From NCBI GenBank assembly GCA_002269645.1, contig NIVC01001604.1:186001-250000 (forward strand): a DNA stretch of 64,000 nt. The letters run 5' to 3'. Below, piece by piece: positions 32,326 to 44,512 of the stretch. The notes under the pieces were generated by a model. That model did no database searches. It was given only the letters and a program-made list of their open reading frames with translations, and was not told the DNA's origin. Positions within the stretch are counted from its first letter, which is position 1; every line of letters begins with the position of its first letter. Position numbers and translations under genes: made by a program. The stretch is from Macrostomum lignano. Lineage: Eukaryota.

Positions 32326-33689
32326 GGAACCTCGGTGGAAGGGGCAAATCTCGTGAGGAAGGCATGCAATCTATATCCCCTGGCTGACAACCACTGCCAG
32401 ACAGTGTGGAAGTTCTGCAGTTCGGGCAGCCAAAACTTCAATAATGCAGTTGCAAGCCCTCAGGTTGGGGCCCTGTCTGGGAACCGAAATAACAGTTGCA
32501 GTTGCAGCTGAAATACAGTAACGGAGTCGAGCCCTATTCATCGCACAGTTTCTCACGTTAGCATTCCCTCTCTCTCAAGCTGCTTGGCGAAGACACATGG
32601 ATACAAGCCCGACCCGGTACACTGATAGTGCTTGCCGCAGCAGCCCTGCATTCAATTAATCCGCTAAAGTAAACAGTCGGGCGAGCTGGCTCAAGACAGG
32701 CCTCATTGATATTCAATGTAGCGAGTCTGCCTGTGCCTAACCAGCAAGCCTCATCAAATCACCCGGCTCCTCTGACTCGCAGCCTCTTGCTCTCATGCCT
32801 TCCATGGCTCTCAGCATCAGCATCCCATCCTCCTCTTCTCTGACTCTCAATCTCGCGACCTCACACACTGACTCTGACTCTCATGCACTATCTCCCTCTC
32901 TGACTCTACTTCTCACCTTTTCTGACTCTCTCACCATCCCACGATTTTCCCTCTCGCAAGTCTAGCACAATGTCCCAGATTAACGCGCTCGCTAAACTCG
33001 CTTAACAGATAAACTAGGCGTCAGAGGATCCAGAAAAATCACTTTTGGCCAGCAAATCAACTGAATAGCTGAACAGGCGTCATAATTCTTTATGCCCGAA
33101 CTCGAAACTTGCAGGGGTGCCACACTAAGCCAGACTTCTTCATCAGACCTCAGAAACCAACCGAGGGTTTCGAGGCCCGAGGCTCATGAGTGCGCACTTC
33201 TTGCACACGCATTGCGGCACTCCCCCCCCCCCCCCAGCTTTGCTATTCTTCCCCAACTTCTAAGTTCTAGCTAGCATGCACGCGAGGTCTTTGTTCGGAT
33301 GGGAACCAAGACAGAATAAAATATAGCTCAGCATATCCTAGTCGGATACGTTCGCTTGTACACAGAACGGCAGGTCATCAATCAAAACAGCTGCAGGGCG
33401 GCAAATCTTAGGGACAAATAGATGATTTGATGAAGAGAGGACGCTATATACACTAGCATACGCTTTGTATTAGCATATGAAACATTTTCTTGTTAGCAAT
33501 ATGAAACTTAATAATCATTCCTTTGTCCGAGTTTTGTTTAACTCATTTTCTGAGTCATAAAAACAAGATCACAGGGAGGGGGGATCACAACTCCAAAAAA
33601 CGCATTCCATCATAAATGCGAAATATCAGAACTCCGAAAATGCTATAGAAACGCCTAACGCCATATTTTGGTTTTCAGAGTTATGATTT

Positions 33690-33830
33690 CGGGTTTGTGA
33701 TATTTCGGGTTTCTGATATTTCGAGTTTCTGATATTTAAAGTTAGTGATATTTCGGGTTTCTGATATTTCGGGTTTCTGATATTTCGGGTTTCTGATATT
33801 TCGGGTCTGTGATATTTCGGGTTTGTGACG
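33690..33830. repeat. 16-bp minisatellite
   Basis: gatatttcgggtttct. Confidence 0.85.
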
Positions 33831-36800
33831 ACGACCCGATCCTAATTCAAGATTGTTGAAGATATTAAAATTCTCAATTCGCAGATAGCAGAGCTCCCTA
33901 TAGTTGAAACTCGCCTCAAACCGGAACTAAAGTCATTCAGACCAAGCGGGCGGCTCCCAGCAGTGCTGGCTGCCCAGTGCCCAGCACCAATCCATAAAGG
34001 GGAACTTTAAATAAATTTATACTTTTCTGAAATAACCCTCGGAGATTTTTTGAAGCAATAAAACGATTTCAGAACGCCAAGTCAGAGACCGTCATCGAGA
34101 CTCGAGTGGGCATCGGGAAGATTGGCAGCCCCGGGCCCGACCCCGCAATCTGCAGCGCATTAAGTAATTAAGGCGGTTAGCCGGTAGCTAATCGGGCAGT
34201 TGGGAGATAAGCTCAGGCAGGCCCAGGCCGAGCCACCCGCAGGCAGGACAGGAGCAATAAATCAGAGGCCATGGCAAATCTGCTGCCAAACTCATGAGAA
34301 TTGGCTGGCTGGGCTGCAGCCCGACAAAAATTTGAAGAAAAAAACCCATGAAGCAAAAAGCTTCTTTCCAGGGAGAAGTGTTGGCGCCGATTTGAATTTG
34401 TTAATCCCCCTCCTTCCCTGGGCAAGGTTGGGAAGTCCCACTGCTAGCCATGTCTCGAATCGGGGCTCGAATTGGAACCCCAGTCCGGTAGAACTGATAA
34501 GATAACAGCAGTTACAGGCAAGTGGCCCAGACAGCTGGCCGGACTCCAGCCTGAGATTTCGAGTGTGCACCTTGCGGAGCAAGTCTGAGCTAATAGATTC
34601 CCGAATAAAATCCCAGATTCCTGTCGGATCTAAATGTTGTGAGTCTGTGAGTTAAGACTCGGGAGGTTATTTAATTAGGCAGGGCTGGCAGACAGCAGGC
34701 GGTCAGCGACTTAAGCTCAAGCTCGCAGGTCGCAATCACTAGTCATAAATCATGAGCAGCGGTGTTAGGAATAAGAAGTCAAAATATATCAACTAGTATC
34801 CCGCAGCTTGGCTTTGCCATTTCCACGCATGCACACGAGTTTTGAGTCCTGAGTCCCGAGCTTGCTGGTTAGTGGACTGACTCTTGGCCCACCACGAGGC
34901 TCGTCTTTTAGAACCTCGCCTTACGCCTAATAGTGCAGCGATTTTAGTTCAGCTTCAGCGATTTGGCATTGGCAGCATGCCAAACAGGGAGACGGTGCTT
35001 CGGATTTTGGGACCTTATTTTTCATTTTCACCAGCAGATAATTTTCGATGATCGGATTAAGAAAAGCCGGGGAATAAGCCTACCGGCTGCCTTACGCTTG
35101 GAGTACATATAAGCGCTGGAAATCAACTGCCATTGCCAACTAGTCACACGAAAACAATAGGCTGTTAGACAGCTTAATGGCCAGTGCTCATGCTCACTGC
35201 TCAGCAAACACAACCAAAGACGAAGACTAACATTGCTTGATTATATTTAAGCTGAAACTAACATTCCTTAAACCATAAAATTCTTTAACATAATTATTAG
35301 ACTACGCCCCCATTACCGCATCTTGTACTTTTATTATAAATTCTACATACGCCCAAATATCATTATAGAAAATTATCTGATACTCGTTAAAAAATAACGA
35401 CCCCTGTCACCCTCTCAAACCACGGAGCCGATATATTATGCTAAGTTCAATAATAGAAATGGTGTGGGTCGAAGCGAGGGGGTCCAGGAATTATCGATCG
35501 GTCTGTCTGTACAATTGTGTACGCGCCTTGAGAGGCGGGCAGGGCCCCGGGGGGGTTTAGTTGTATAGTCCAAGTTCAGCAAATAATAATAGGGCCCCTA
35601 AGCTTGCCTTGGCCTTTACTGTCTGTCTGACTCGTTTGGACTAAAGCTAAGTCTAGTCTAGTCTTGTGAACCAATAGACTGTTATTTGTGTCTTTGTTAG
35701 AGTACATAATAAAATGACTACTAGACTACTTGTATTTTTCCTTTCCTATTCCTAACGTAAAACTACACAAACTGCAACTAAGATAGTTCTTGCGCTTTTT
35801 ACGAATTATAGTCAGAGACTCAGAGCCAAAAGCATCTAACTATAAGCATATAATAGTATTTACTCAACTAAATAGTCAGTCCCAGCATCAACATGTAACA
35901 GACCTGCATCTTTTAACAAAAAATCCCATGATCCTTTTTCAGCACTTTCGTATGGGAAACTTTTGGTTGACCGATAGAAATAAAAGATAATCGCATGGGG
36001 ACATTTCTGGGCTGTACGGGTATGCTGAATGCGGCAACATCTCCTAGCCCACGGCCCAGCTGCACCAGGCTACCAGCTACTGAACTGCCAAGTTAAAAAC
36101 TTGTAGATTTAGTTTATTTTCACAGCTGATAATTATGTTTTTTTAAATTAGAATATATAATTTAATTCATTCAAAAGACGGCGAATTTTTCTAACCGATA
36201 CTGCATTTTTTAAGATAAAGTGAATAAATTTATAAACAGAGCAACCAAAGCCAAAAAATAAGCGCAAAAACTTTCGGAATGAGTTGATGAAGTTTCGAGC
36301 TGTGAAAGCGACCCACCCATCTAAGCTAAACCGAGTTTTGCTGCAAAGTGGGCTTTAAAATAAGGAAGCATCGATTCTCCTTTGCCGCCTGAGGCTCGCT
36401 CTCAGATCAGTATGTATGCATTATGCAGTATGAATATGAATGACTCATCATGTCATATCATCTTTGCCCACAATAGGGTACAGGACAGCCCATGGGAGGA
36501 AATGACTGCGAATGATTGATGATGAGCGTCAGTCGCACCTTACGAATCGATGCATAAGAAGTTTTCGATACGAACAGCTAAGATCAAAGCATTTCATCTT
36601 ATGACAGCTTAAAAGCTTATTTCAACTGAAACTGAAAATCTTTTAAAGGCATTTTCAATTTGAAAAGTTCCTGCTCACTGCTCAGAGATTGAGCTGTTTT
36701 TTAAGAATCAATGACAAGGTAACTAAGAAAGGGCAAACGAAAAAATTCTGTTTCTCAGGAGGTGGGGCGGGGAGGGTCCTGAGTCCTGACCCCGGACCCC

Positions 36801-38278
36801 CTAATTTTCTCAAGGGGGGTCAGCCTACAGCCTACTGAGCCCGTGAGCCTACTACCTTGACCCCCTAGGCCTAGATCCACCAGTGAATATTACCACGTAT
36901 TTATTTTAATTTTCAGTGGATTTAATTGTTCCACCATTGGACCAACTAATATGTCATGGCACAGTGGCACATGATTTATGACTGGAATTGCAATTTGCAA
37001 CAAGCAAAATATAAATTCTCACCTGCAAACAGGAGTAAAAGCAAACATGCGAGAAACATGATCTGTTCCTGTGCAACTTCTGCAAGTCCGAGGCCAGGGC
37101 CGTGCGATTTCTCCTGATGACTGGTGGCGGAATTATGCTTATTGCTTGCTTACACAGAGTTATGGGTTGTTGCAAAGGCTCTGTTACTTTGCTGGAGTCG
37201 AAGAATAAGATCAGGTGGCTTTCTGCAGCAGTTTTTGGGCCACTTGCTCCGCTGCGTATAATAAAATAATGAATGGAGGTTGCTTTGAGTCGCTTTATGC
37301 CTTTGCTTCTCCGTAACAGAGGCCGGCGGCCTGTCAGCTAATAATCAAAATGAGAAGGCAAGCGGGTACAGCCGGGCCCGAGGGTAATAAATCTTTCTAG
37401 TGCCGGGCGCTACTTGACAGGCCCGGGCCGGAGGGAGGGTTGGGGGGTAGAAAATGCCGCTTGGGCGGGGCTTTAAAATGGCTGGGGGGTTCGGGGTGGG
37501 CGACCGATTTATATAAAAAGGTTTCTCCTCCCTCCTCTCCTCTCCTCTCCACTTTACGCGTTGCTCCGCACGGGTGGCATGAGAAATAAGGATTTCCCTT
37601 GTCCCCCATTGGCTCGGACCATCTGAAGGGGACTGGGTGGGCTGCTATTTTTAAGGCAGAGGCAAGAAATTAAGTTAGGGAGGGGTGGGAGGAGGCCGAG
37701 AGAAGCCCATTTATCAGAATAAACAATCCATCAAGTTGCAACTCCCCCGCGGGCTCCGCTGCACTTGTTTGTAAGGAATGACAGCCCCTTTGCGTCCGCC
37801 CCTTTCCGCGCCGCCTGCCCCCCACCTGCCCGCACCTGCCCCCCTGCTATATTACAATCGCAAACTAAGCGGGCCGATGCAAGTAGAGACTGGCAGGTAA
37901 GAAGAACTGTCAGTGTCTGCCGCTCTCTGTAGAAAATATCAGATATATGCGCTTCGCTATTCACGATGGATGGATTTCGGACGATGAACTAGAGGGAAAT
38001 AAATCATTGATACAAACCTGGTTGCTCTGCGGCAATCGTTTGACTTTGTGGCGTCGGTATCTTGGCGGCTTTGGCGGCTGCCGGCTGGGAAAGAGAGGCA
38101 GCCAGCCTCAGTTCAAGGCTCTCTAGGTCTTGTGGCGTCACTAAAAATCTTTCAAGTGTTCCCTGCTCAGTCAGGGAGTTCGGAATCTGCTAGCGGGCTT
38201 GTTACATACAACCACGCCGAAGCACAATCTTGGGCTGTCCAGTTTGACAAGGCAGACAAGCCCTGGTTCCTCTCTCTG

Positions 38279-39217
38279 GGGCCCGTGCTATAGAATCAGG
38301 AGTTAGGAGTTAGGATTCAAGAGTACTCTTGACAAGGAGTGATTGAATTTTGTGTGCTATAGATTTCAGGAGTTAAGAGTTAGGAGCTAGGAGTTCTTGC
38401 AAGGAGTGCAGCCTAGGAGTGGGGGTGTGTTCAATGAGTGTTGCGCAATCGTTTAAGGATGATAGAGGATGGTTGTGTGCTATATCACAATCCTAAATTT
38501 ACGGTCCTTAAGGATTGAATCTCAGGAGTGAAAATGCAAATTGCTCAAAAATATCATTTGTGAGAGCCGTCGCTGCACGCAAAGAGGTTCTCTTTGGTGC
38601 GTTTATAGTACAACCATAACTAAGAATGCGAAGATTGCTATGTGGCAAGACGTGATATTGGAATGTTGGAATTTGTTAGGACACACTGATGTTGGATGTT
38701 CGATTCTGTGTCGAATTCTATCTGTTAGCCTTGAAAGCTGGATATCGTTAAGTCTAAAACGCATAGCACTCTCGGCTGTATCTTCTTCAAAAATATTAAT
38801 TCTTGCCTTAAATTGTCGACGGCGTCTATCATTGACTCCTTCCTCATCAGAATCCGATTCGCTGTCCGAAAACATTATAATCCTGTCTAAGAGTGAAAAT
38901 TGGCCCTTGAACTCTTGCTTAGGAGTCAAGAGTTAGGAGCGAAATTTTCTCATTCTATAGGACACGCGCTCCTAGAATGACTCCTAAAAGCCAGCTCCTA
39001 GCTCCTAGCTCCTAGACTTCCTCTCCTAATTCTATAGCATGCCACGGACCTTAATGAGTTCTCCTAAATTCACCCAGGAGTCTCCTAACGTCCTTAAGGA
39101 GCCTCCTAGCTCTTAAAGTTTACTCTTGATTCTATAGCACAGAAAAGCCAGCTAGGAGCTAGGAGTTAGGACACTCTCAAGGATTTAGGAGTTAAGAGTA
39201 TTCTATAGCACGGGCCC
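38279..39217. mobile_element. PIF/Harbinger non-autonomous deletion derivative (939 bp)
   Basis: Perfect 18-bp TIRs GGGCCCGTGCTATAGAAT (38279-38296) and ATTCTATAGCACGGGCCC (39200-39217), 3-bp TSD CTG on both sides, and subterminal TAGGAG/CTCCTA arrays in opposite orientations. Confidence 0.88.
38603..38875 (-). pseudogene. N-terminal remnant of a Harbinger transposase
   Basis: MFSDSESDSDEE...RRRRQFKARINIF...MRFRL...LTDRIRHRIEHPT resembles the acidic/basic start and FRL helix-turn-helix region of Harbinger transposases; no DDE core follows. Confidence 0.6.
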
Positions 39218-40099
39218 CTGATCACCCAGCGCAAAGACATGCCCGCGGCCGCTTGCTTGCCTTCCCCACCTGAATAAAAACCAGCTCGGCCGGGTTGACG
39301 TGACTTCCACACGTCTCCGGCCCAGATGCTTCACTTCACTGCAGCAAGCAAATTAATCGCAAGTCTATCCGAGCGCGTTATCTCGATTTTCTCCAAGCCA
39401 TGCGGCTCGGCCAGCAATAGATAAGATTTTGGCCAGCAAAGTCCCGCAGCTCCAATCCCCACAGTTGCGCCAGCACAGAAATTGCTTTCTGTGGCTGCTT
39501 CTAAAAGATATTTATATTAGTTGGAATTGTCGTTCTTATCTACTGGCACTGCGGGCTCAAATGAATTTGCAATTGGCTCACCTGGTTTGGGTGTCGGGCG
39601 GACTAAACGGTGATATGTCTAAACATTGGCTCGCGTGCAGTGCAGCAGACCACCGAGCTGCAGATGCGCACAGATAGCAGCGAGCCTCCCTCCGGAGCGG
39701 GGCAGGTAGGTAAACGTCAATCAAAGAGACACAACCCTAGGATAGAGTGGACTTATTTAGATAATTTTGGTCGATCATAGGTTGCGATTTGAACCTTCTC
39801 TACCCGCCAGCCGCTGCCAATGCACAGGCGTACGTAATATGAAAATTGTACTATCGTAATTTCCAAATTAGGCTCAAGTACCTTGGTATTGGTGTATACA
39901 TATAACAAACGTATTGAACTACGAGCTATATTTATTAGTGTACCAACTCCTCGTGCATAAGTTACTACTTGTCTTACAGTAGAAGGTATTGTAGCTTTTA
40001 CGTATTGTTGTTGAAGTATCGGGCGTATATTGATGTAACTGCACCGCGCCTGATTCACCTGAGTTCAATTACGAGCAACTCTAACTAGCCAACCAGCCT

Positions 40100-41740
40100 A
40101 ACTACCCAAACCAAGCCCACGGGCAGCCTTGTCATCGTTTACTGGGCGAGACTTGACAATTTCGTCGCAAGCAAACAACTCCGAACTAAACTTGGATGAC
40201 CCAAGGACCACTAGGAACACTTCGCTATATATTCTAGTCTAGTCTAATCTAGTCTAGTAGTCCTTGGGATGACCCAGACACAGTCGAAGCCTGGCTGCTC
40301 AGCTTTGCGGCCGCCGCACGAACCAAGAAACTGACGGACACGGAAGAAGATCGGCAGATTACCGATCTAGTCCTCGCCAGGGTAGGTCTCAAGGCACTGA
40401 GAACGCTGTCCCTCATGGCAGCCCCGGCCAGCCTGGAGAAAAAAACACTCGCACAAATTCGAGACATCATCAAAGAGACAATCCGCCCCCAAAAAGCGGC
40501 GGCTACGTGCAGCTTCGAGAAGCTCGGTACGAAACAGTCAAGCGAGAACGAGCTCACTACCATGCGTCTCGTGGACAGACTCGCCTTTGTGGACCACAAG
40601 CATAGACTGTTGGAGAGAATGCAAGCTACCGACATGCCGCTGAACGACGTGCTGCAAAAACTTGACAGTCCCAATCATCTGTTTTCTAAAACCTAATGGT
40701 AATGTCAGAATTTGCGCAGACTATAAGGCTGATGTGAACCATCAGGTGTGCGGAGACACCTACCCCATGCCAACCGTGGAAACGATCTTCTCGGACGTCG
40801 CCGGAATGACTGCCTTTGCCACTCTTGACCTATCTGATGCCTACCTGCAGATCGAGCTCGAGGAGAAGAGCAGGGAGGCCACCACGATTGCAATTCCGTT
40901 AGGGCTTTTCCGCTACACCCGACTAGTGTCCGGCCTCAAGTCAGCATCCGCCATCTTTAAAGGCTATGGAGACGACTCTCGAGGACGTGAGCGGCAGGAT
41001 TATTTATCAAGACGAAATCCTGATCGGAGGACAATCTACCGAAGGTCTCAAGGCCAAAGTTGACGAAGTAATCAAGACCCTACAGGCAGCCGGCATGAAT
41101 ATAAATCTCGACAAATCCAACCTGGTCAGTCAAGTTCCTGGGCTACAAAATCAGCGCAGACGGAATCTCGCCAGACTCCGGCCGAGTCAGAAAAATCATG
41201 GAGATCTCAGCGCCACGCGACCATCGCCAGTTAGAGTCCTTTCTTGGTCTCTGCAATTTCTTCGGAAGGTTTGTCAACAACTATGCGCACCTTGTCGAGC
41301 CTTTGAACCAGCTGCGCAAGAAGGGAGCGGAGTTCGAGTGGGGAGCTGCGCAAGAAGCGGCCTTCCACCAGCTGAAGAAGCTGCTGAGCTCCGACCCGAT
41401 CATCCAGCCTTATGACCGAGCTAAAGAAACAGCGCTAACGACAGACGCCAGTGAAAAGGTGGTGGCCACCGTGCTCACACAAGACGGGTACCCCGTCATC
41501 TACTTCAGCCGGCGATTGACGCAGGCAGAGGTGCGTTATTCCAACATCGAGCGGGAGGCTCTGGCGATCGTATGGGCGATGGAGAGAGCCCGCCAATTCC
41601 TTCTAGGCAAGCGTTTTACTCTGCGAACGGACCACCGCCCTCTGGAGTTCCTGTTCGGAGCAAGACACCATGGCCTCATGGGGTTTGACTTCGCAATTGA
41701 GTACGTCCGAGGAGTCGGACAGGAGGAGGAGCAAATGTAT
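40100..41740 (+). mobile_element. Decayed Ty3/gypsy (Mag-like) internal fragment: gag, RT and RNase H pieces
   Basis: Frameshifted pieces include VRICADYK, TLDLSDAYLQIEL, GLFRYTRL, IYQDEIL, TDASEK, EREALAIVW and TDHRPL. Protease and integrase are absent and no LTR pair was found. Confidence 0.88.
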
Positions 41741-41845
41741 ATATTTATATATCAACATTTATATTCATCAAGCAGGTAGCACAGAGGCTATAATCTACGT
41801 ACTGTTTATGCCCGTACTATACAGTATATTCAATATCAAATATAA

Positions 41846-42351
41846 GCCCAAAACAGGAAGAGCGCTAAAGATGCCATTTCTGACCCAATCCAGTTTTTTC
41901 TGACCCTCCCTGACCCAATCCAGTTCTTGCTGACCCTTCCTGACCCAATCCATTTCTTGCTGACCCTTCCTGACCCAATACGGTTTTTTCTAACCCTCCC
42001 TGACCCAATCCAGTTCTTGCTGACCCTTCCTGACCCAATCCAGTTCTTGCTGACCCTTCCTGACCCAATACAGTTCTTGCTGACCCTTCCTGATCCAGTG
42101 ACCCATTCTGCCAGCCCCGACCTTTCCAGATCAAATGGAGCAAATCCCGCCATGAGTCAATCAGCCACAATCCTGACCCACTCCGATCCGCCACCGACCC
42201 ACCGACAGCTCGATGAGCGTGCACCCGGCAGCCTCGGCCAGACGGCGCACCAACAGCCTGGCTGGCAGTTCAACTGGCGGAGCTTCGACAGTGACGGCAG
42301 CGGCTGTGGCAAAGTTGGGTGCGACCACGGCAGAAGAACACCACTGTAAGA
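41846..42351 (+). pseudogene. Inverted partial duplicate of the nAChR gene (end of exon 5, intron 5 minisatellite, deleted exon 6)
   Basis: 42100-42350 matches the reverse complement of about 47941-48290. 41846-41877 matches the exon 5 end at 26 of 32 nt. The pseudo-exon 42209-42345 is 137 nt versus 219 nt and is out of phase. Confidence 0.9.
41880..42095. repeat. 30-bp minisatellite, family N (part of the inverted duplicate)
   Basis: tgacccaatccagttcttgctgacccttcc. Confidence 0.93.
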
Positions 42352-42929
42352 AAGACCAAATCTCTACAGTGCTTTTAGGCGTTGTGAAATTTAGGTGGTG
42401 TGAAATCTGCTGCATTGCTTGAGAGCCGTAACTCTCTTTAAAGGGGAAATTTACCCAAAGCATGAGCCAATGCCGCTAAAGCATCTACGAGCTCGCAGTT
42501 CTGTAGAAGACCATCGCAATCATCGCAAAAGGCACAAAAAGTGCAAATAATACTTCGCAACCGTCTGCACCATCGTATAAGCAGTGACAAGCGAGTGGCA
42601 TTTTCGGCTCGAGTTTGACAGGCACGAATGCATAGCCATGCTGTCACTTGTCAAGAACAGAGATGTAGTAAGACTTGTCAAGAGTGATATTCCAGGACTG
42701 ACAAGTCGTGAGACTATTAGCGGCTGCTTGGGATAACCGAACTCAAAGTCAACCTAATCAGTCAAGTATAGTTAGTCACCAGCTGCGGAAGGCTGCCCGC
42801 CCGAGAAGGCAACAAACTACTGAGGATCCAAATTTGACAGCACCAAATCGGGCAAGTGTTCGTTTCCCACGGCAGAAACAAATTACCGAGGCGTCTTCTG
42901 GAGCTCGCGAGACCTGTCTAAATTTTCTC

Positions 42930-42936
42930 TATATAA
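42930..42936 (+). promoter_or_regulatory. TATA-like box
   Basis: TATATAA about 60 nt upstream of the ATG at 42995; TSS not verified. Confidence 0.45.
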
Positions 42937-42994
42937 TTGGTGAGATTTACAAACAAAATTTCAGCCTCGAGCCTGCCTCGATAGACACTGCACG

Positions 42995-44512
42995 ATGAAG
43001 CTCGTCATTCTGCTCTCCCTTGCTGCCTTTGCGGCCGCTGGTAAGTCAATCAGCTCCAAATCGATTTGCATTACGTCGAGATATGTCTGTTACGTATTTT
43101 GAACACAACCAAGAACTTACAAAATGCATTCATTCACTACCAACTCTGACCTCGCAGAGAACACCTTCAGCGCCACCAACTACTACGGCTACGACTTCCA
43201 GCCGAAGCACCATGAAGTGTACCGCAACCCCGAGCCGTTCACCCGCGGACTGGGCCCGAAGCTGAAGACCTGGGCCGAGCGGTTCCCGAGCATCAAGAAC
43301 CTGATCGAATCGAAGAGCACCGCCCTGCCGGTCGAGCTGCAGAGGGTCACCAACAACGGCTACACCCACTACAGCCAGTCCGCCTCCATGCAGGCCATCG
43401 AGGGCGTGGACGCCGACAGCTTCGACGCCTTCGCCGCCTACCTGACCGACACCCTGGAGATCAAGAACGACAAGCGCGACGGCTTCCTGGCCAGCATGGA
43501 GATCATCAAGTTCGCTGATAACACCGACTGGAGCCTCATCGATATCATCTTCGATCAGGACAGCGGCTCCAACTGCAAGTACGTCTGCGTTCTGGGCCAC
43601 CGCGACTTGGTCCACAACACCTACGACTTCATGATTGCCGACTTCAAGAGCTCCTTCCAGCTGGCTCCGGACATCGTGCTGATCGAGGAGCGCAAGAGCT
43701 ACGCCTGGGGTCTGGTGCAGCGCGCCAACATCCGCGTTGAGCGCATTCCCGCCAAGCTGAAGCTGGAGGATGTCGAGCTGCTGAAGACCTTCTTCTGCCA
43801 GGCCGCTCTTGGCCGCTTCGCCAGAATGCTGGACATCGAAGTCCCTGGCATAGAGCAGGCTTACATTGACCCCATGACTGCCATCGGACTGATCAGCGCT
43901 GGTCTCGACATCGTCCCGAAGCTGATCAACATTTTCAAGACTACCAGCACCAGCACCATCATCAAGGAGGTCGCTGGCGAGGGCTTCTCCCGCTACGAGC
44001 AGACCGCCAAGACCTCTGTGACGATCGGCATCAACATGGACAATCTCCTGGGTACCTACCTCAGGGTTCTACCCAGGCTCATCAACCTCAACGCGGACGT
44101 GTTCCAGAACGTCGAGGACGCCATCATCATCGGCTCCATGGCAGAGTCCCAGACCTGGAACGACTTCGACATCGCCTTCAACGCTGACCGGTCCTCCACC
44201 AGCAAGGTCCAGTTCGTCGACGTCGTTTGCGCCAACCGTGGCGACGGCAAGTACAACGTCATCGTGGTGAACGTCGCCCAGGCCTTCATTCTGGCTCCCA
44301 ATGTGCAGTACATTCAGAACTCCAAGTCCTACGTCGGCGGAATTTACTCCAAGACCACCATTGAGCGCAAGGAGTACCCGAGGGACCTCACCGAGAAGGA
44401 CATGGAGGTGCTGATGGCATTCTTCCACATCACTGTGTTCAAGAGGCTGGCCATGCAATACGGCCTTGCTGTCCCACAGCTGCCCGACAAGCCGCCGCTC
44501 AAGCAGGATTGA
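42995..44512 (+). CDS. Secreted protein of unknown function with two tandem homologous domains (exons 42995-43040 and 43158-44512, about 466 aa)
   Basis: Signal peptide MKLVILLSLAAFAAA, a phase-1 G|GTAAGT...CGCAG|AG intron, an uninterrupted 1.35-kb exon with very strong C/G third-position bias, and a clear internal duplication. Confidence 0.88.

Noticed and set aside
35405-35776. Possible solo LTR (starts TGTCAC, AATAAA near 35708, several CA ends)
   Set aside because: No TSD or terminal inverted repeat could be matched and there is no second copy in the window.
36757-36885. MITE-like end CTAGATCCACCAGTG resembling CTAGATCCGCCACTG
   Set aside because: No matching left terminus or TSD was found; at best a one-ended fragment.
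28000-38200. Short ORFs and GC-rich patches upstream of PTK7
   Set aside because: No motifs, codon bias or consistent exon chain; treated as intergenic or regulatory DNA.
39811-40040. PBS-like TGGCAGCGG on the minus strand next to AT-rich LTR-like DNA
   Set aside because: Only 9 nt match, with no defined LTR ends and no coding sequence following.
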